A stretch of DNA of 64,000 nt, from assembly GCA_002269645.1 (NCBI GenBank), contig NIVC01001966.1, positions 1-64,000 on the forward strand, read 5' to 3'. Of this stretch, positions 61,501-64,000 are shown in pieces. The notes below the pieces were generated by a model that worked only from the letters and a program-made list of their open reading frames with translations, made no database searches and was not told the origin of the DNA. The stretch comes from Macrostomum lignano. Taxonomy: Eukaryota. Within the stretch, counting starts at the first letter, position 1. Every line of letters begins with the position of its first letter. Both the position numbers and the translations under genes were made by a program.

Positions 61501-64000
61501 AATTGACTACAAGAAAGTCATGAAGAATCAGGAGTAGAAGTATACGCAAAATTTTGAATTTAACAAGGGAAAACATACTTCTAACTTGGAAGTTCAGCTT
61601 AAGCAGACCAATGCTCCCTAACCAAGACTGATGCAAGCATTGAATTGTTTATACACGAATATTCCGCGATTTTATCATTACGCAAAACTAATTAATCACA
61701 GAGGAAGTCAGAATGATTTTCTAAAAATCAATTGGCTTGATTCGCAGTTTGTTTTAAATTGTTATTCAGTCTTCTAATTTCTAGGAAACACGCGGAGAAT
61801 CAAAGATAGAAGAGTAATACCCGATCCAGATTAGGTGAAGCAAGAGGAAGAAATCAAATCGCTAAATGCAACGCTACAATGAAGAGAAGTTAAATTTTAA
61901 AGTCCGTCTGTTTTAAGAATCGCTAGCTGAACTCATCGAGTAGCTCCGGCAGCCGGCGCGCGACGACGATGCGGCGGACGAAATCGACGAGGCCCGACTG
62001 CGAGACGAGGCCCGACTAGACGGCGAAGCCGGCGACGAGGCGACCAACCGGCCGATGATTGGCAGGCCGGACAGCAGCATGAGCGGCAGGCCCAGCAGCA
62101 GCAGGCCAGCCAGGGTTTTCATGCTGGGGTTGCTGTTGCTGCTGCTTGCCTTGGATTTGGTGGCCCGTCGAGCATTCGGAGACGCTGACTGCTGCTGCTG
62201 CTAAAAAGTAGTGGAAATGAAAAAAATCCGGATTTTAGTTATAGTTTAGTTTAGTTATAGTTAACTGCTAAATATAGTTTGAAGGCAAATTAAAATTTCA
62301 ATCAATTAATTAGGACTTACCATAGAACCAAAGCAGACTCGCAGTATGAGCAACGGCAGGTATCTGACGAACTGGTACAGGCAGCAGACAGAGTAAACGG
62401 CTACAATCAAGTTGCTGTGCTGGCCGTCGCCAGATGATCGCTTCTTTCTTGTTGAAGACGAACTGCCACAATCAGAATTAGAGTCTGCCTGCCTCTCTGT
62501 CCTATTGCTGTTGGTGGTCTTTGCCTGCTTGCTGGCGGTTGACTCGCCTCGGTGGATGACAGTGAACGAAGGCGGCGGCGGTAGAAAATCCGCCTCTGTT
62601 GAAGGTATCGAATTTACTAGCGTCAGCGTGGCGGCCATTACTGTATACTGCTGTACGAGACAGAGTGGCACAACAGATCTGCAGCGTTTGCGAGAAAATC
62701 AAAATGAATATAGAAATAGGTTTTAGCCTTGGCCGTATTTATATCCAGACAATAAGCTCCCCCCTCTCTTTCATTCCCCCTGTATATAACGTTATGTCAT
62801 GCACAGCCCTCGTGTGCCATTTGCGACCTACGTGTTTGGAAATGCGGGGTTGGGTTGGACGAGCGGCGACCGAGTGAGATAGAGATAAAGAAAGAGAAGT
62901 AAAGGCCGCAGCAATGTACAGTGGGAGAGTCAGGGATTTCCCGCGTGACGGGGAAACCCCTCTCCTTCCTGCCATATCACTAGCTTCTTATTCATTCCAC
63001 CTCCTCGTGGGCTTTGCTAACAGCCAATGAGAGAGCGGCAGACCTTGAGTGAGGAGAGGGGGTACTGGCTGTTTTGACTGACTCCCCTGGCCGTCATGTT
63101 TAGCCACGATGGTACTTGAATGTACTTTTTAAATTGCTGATAGCGCTTTTCCCAGCTTAGCTTTCTCAATTATCTTACTTTCCAACTTTGCCAGTTAATT
63201 GTAGTTTAAAGCAATTTGAATAGGGTCAATGAAATGATTGGCAGGTTAAGTTAGATAATAATATAATTATCGGGGGTTGCCCCCGGTACTTGTTTTGTCA
63301 AAATATTATTTTTTGTTATGCATTCAGAATCATTTTCTGTTTAAAATAACATGTTCAAAGTGAGCAAATCAATTTTTTTACTCGAAAAGTAAGTGGGTTG
63401 TGTCCATTAAAAAAATCATAACGACAAAATGGTATTTTTTGAACATAAATGACAACTGTTTTTAAAAGTACAAAATAGTATTGTATCGTTACGTAGTATA
63501 TTAATGCAATGATAGGGGTGTACTGATCTACTACTCCTACAAGTAAATCACTGGTGGAACTAGTAGTATGATAAAAATAGCAAGATTGCACACTCTCCCT
63601 TGAAAAAAATAAGGTCCTCGAGTTGAGCCGCCTGCCCGCCGAGGTCTCTATCACGGATGTCGTCAGCGTCCAGGGTCGTCATGCGACTATGTCACAGAAG
63701 AAACCGACGCAGCCGGGGCGCCCCGAGGAGGCGGCTGACAACACGGGCCCGGCAGTGTACATCGAACCGATGATGCCAACTTCAAAGCCGGACATTCACT
63801 CGCTCTGTCTGAAGGACGACACCGATTGGCGTCGCACTGAGCCGGCTGAGCGTCGGGACCGGAAGGAGCGCCATCTGCTGACGCGTCTACCAGCAGCGCC
63901 GTTACAGGCGGAGCCGACGATGCCGACAAAGTCGCTATCAGACGCCGAGACAGCCGGCGTAGATCGGATCATGAAAGAAATTGAAAGCTACGAAGCCTGG
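58553..64000 (+). CDS. Uncharacterised protein, Pro/Ala/Glu-rich, partial (continues past right edge)
   Basis: Exons 58553-59731 (donor GTACGG), 60527-60664 (donor GTGAGT) and 63614-64000 (open to the edge: VLELSRLPAEVSITDV...MKEIESYEAW), all phase 0 with GC-rich coding bias. No family recognised. Confidence 0.7.
60110..60369. mobile_element. hAT-like MITE with GA-rich interior
   Basis: CAGGGGTTGGCAAAC...GCGGGCCGGAATCTGCTGACCCTG; near-match 8-bp TSD ccttaaga/ccttaatg. Confidence 0.7.
61913..62678 (-). CDS. Putative nested antisense gene, last two exons, GPCR-like TM5-TM7 region
   Basis: Exon 62678-62321 (ctgcAG...GTAAGT) joins exon 62200-61913 (ttttttcatttccactactttttAG) in frame: VVPLCLVQQYTVM, IVAVYSVCCLYQFVRYLPLLIL, LAGLLLLGLPLMLLSGLPII, Ser-rich tail. 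Confidence 0.5.

Overview
Eukaryotic (metazoan) genomic DNA, not prokaryotic: spliced GC-rich genes separated by introns packed with micro/minisatellites and transposons. The overall style suggests a free-living flatworm such as Macrostomum, which is inference only. Minus-strand genes: SNM1A/DCLRE1A (runs off the left edge, one apparent 1-nt frameshift), EMRE/SMDT1, muskelin, a beta-tubulin, UFL1 and two RPL41 copies. Plus-strand genes: two diverged paralogous orphan type-I membrane proteins lying between the RPL41 copies, NOXRED1, and an uncharacterised gene that runs off the right edge and appears to host an antisense GPCR-like gene in an intron. Mobile DNA: (1) a Penelope-like retroelement (RT + GIY-YIG) inserted in (TATC)n with a minimal hammerhead ribozyme in its 3' tail; (2) a decayed Polinton/Maverick remnant inside a 32-bp satellite in UFL1 intron 3, itself split by head-to-tail Helitrons whose removal restores a Polinton-type ORF; (3) a CORE-type SINE; (4) hAT-like MITEs; (5) a ~5.7-kb repeat block almost free of CpG with reciprocal CpG->TpG/CpA changes between copies. 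No CRISPR array, rRNA or functional tRNA was found. Exon boundaries were read by eye from GT/AG sites and phase consistency; no database searches were run.
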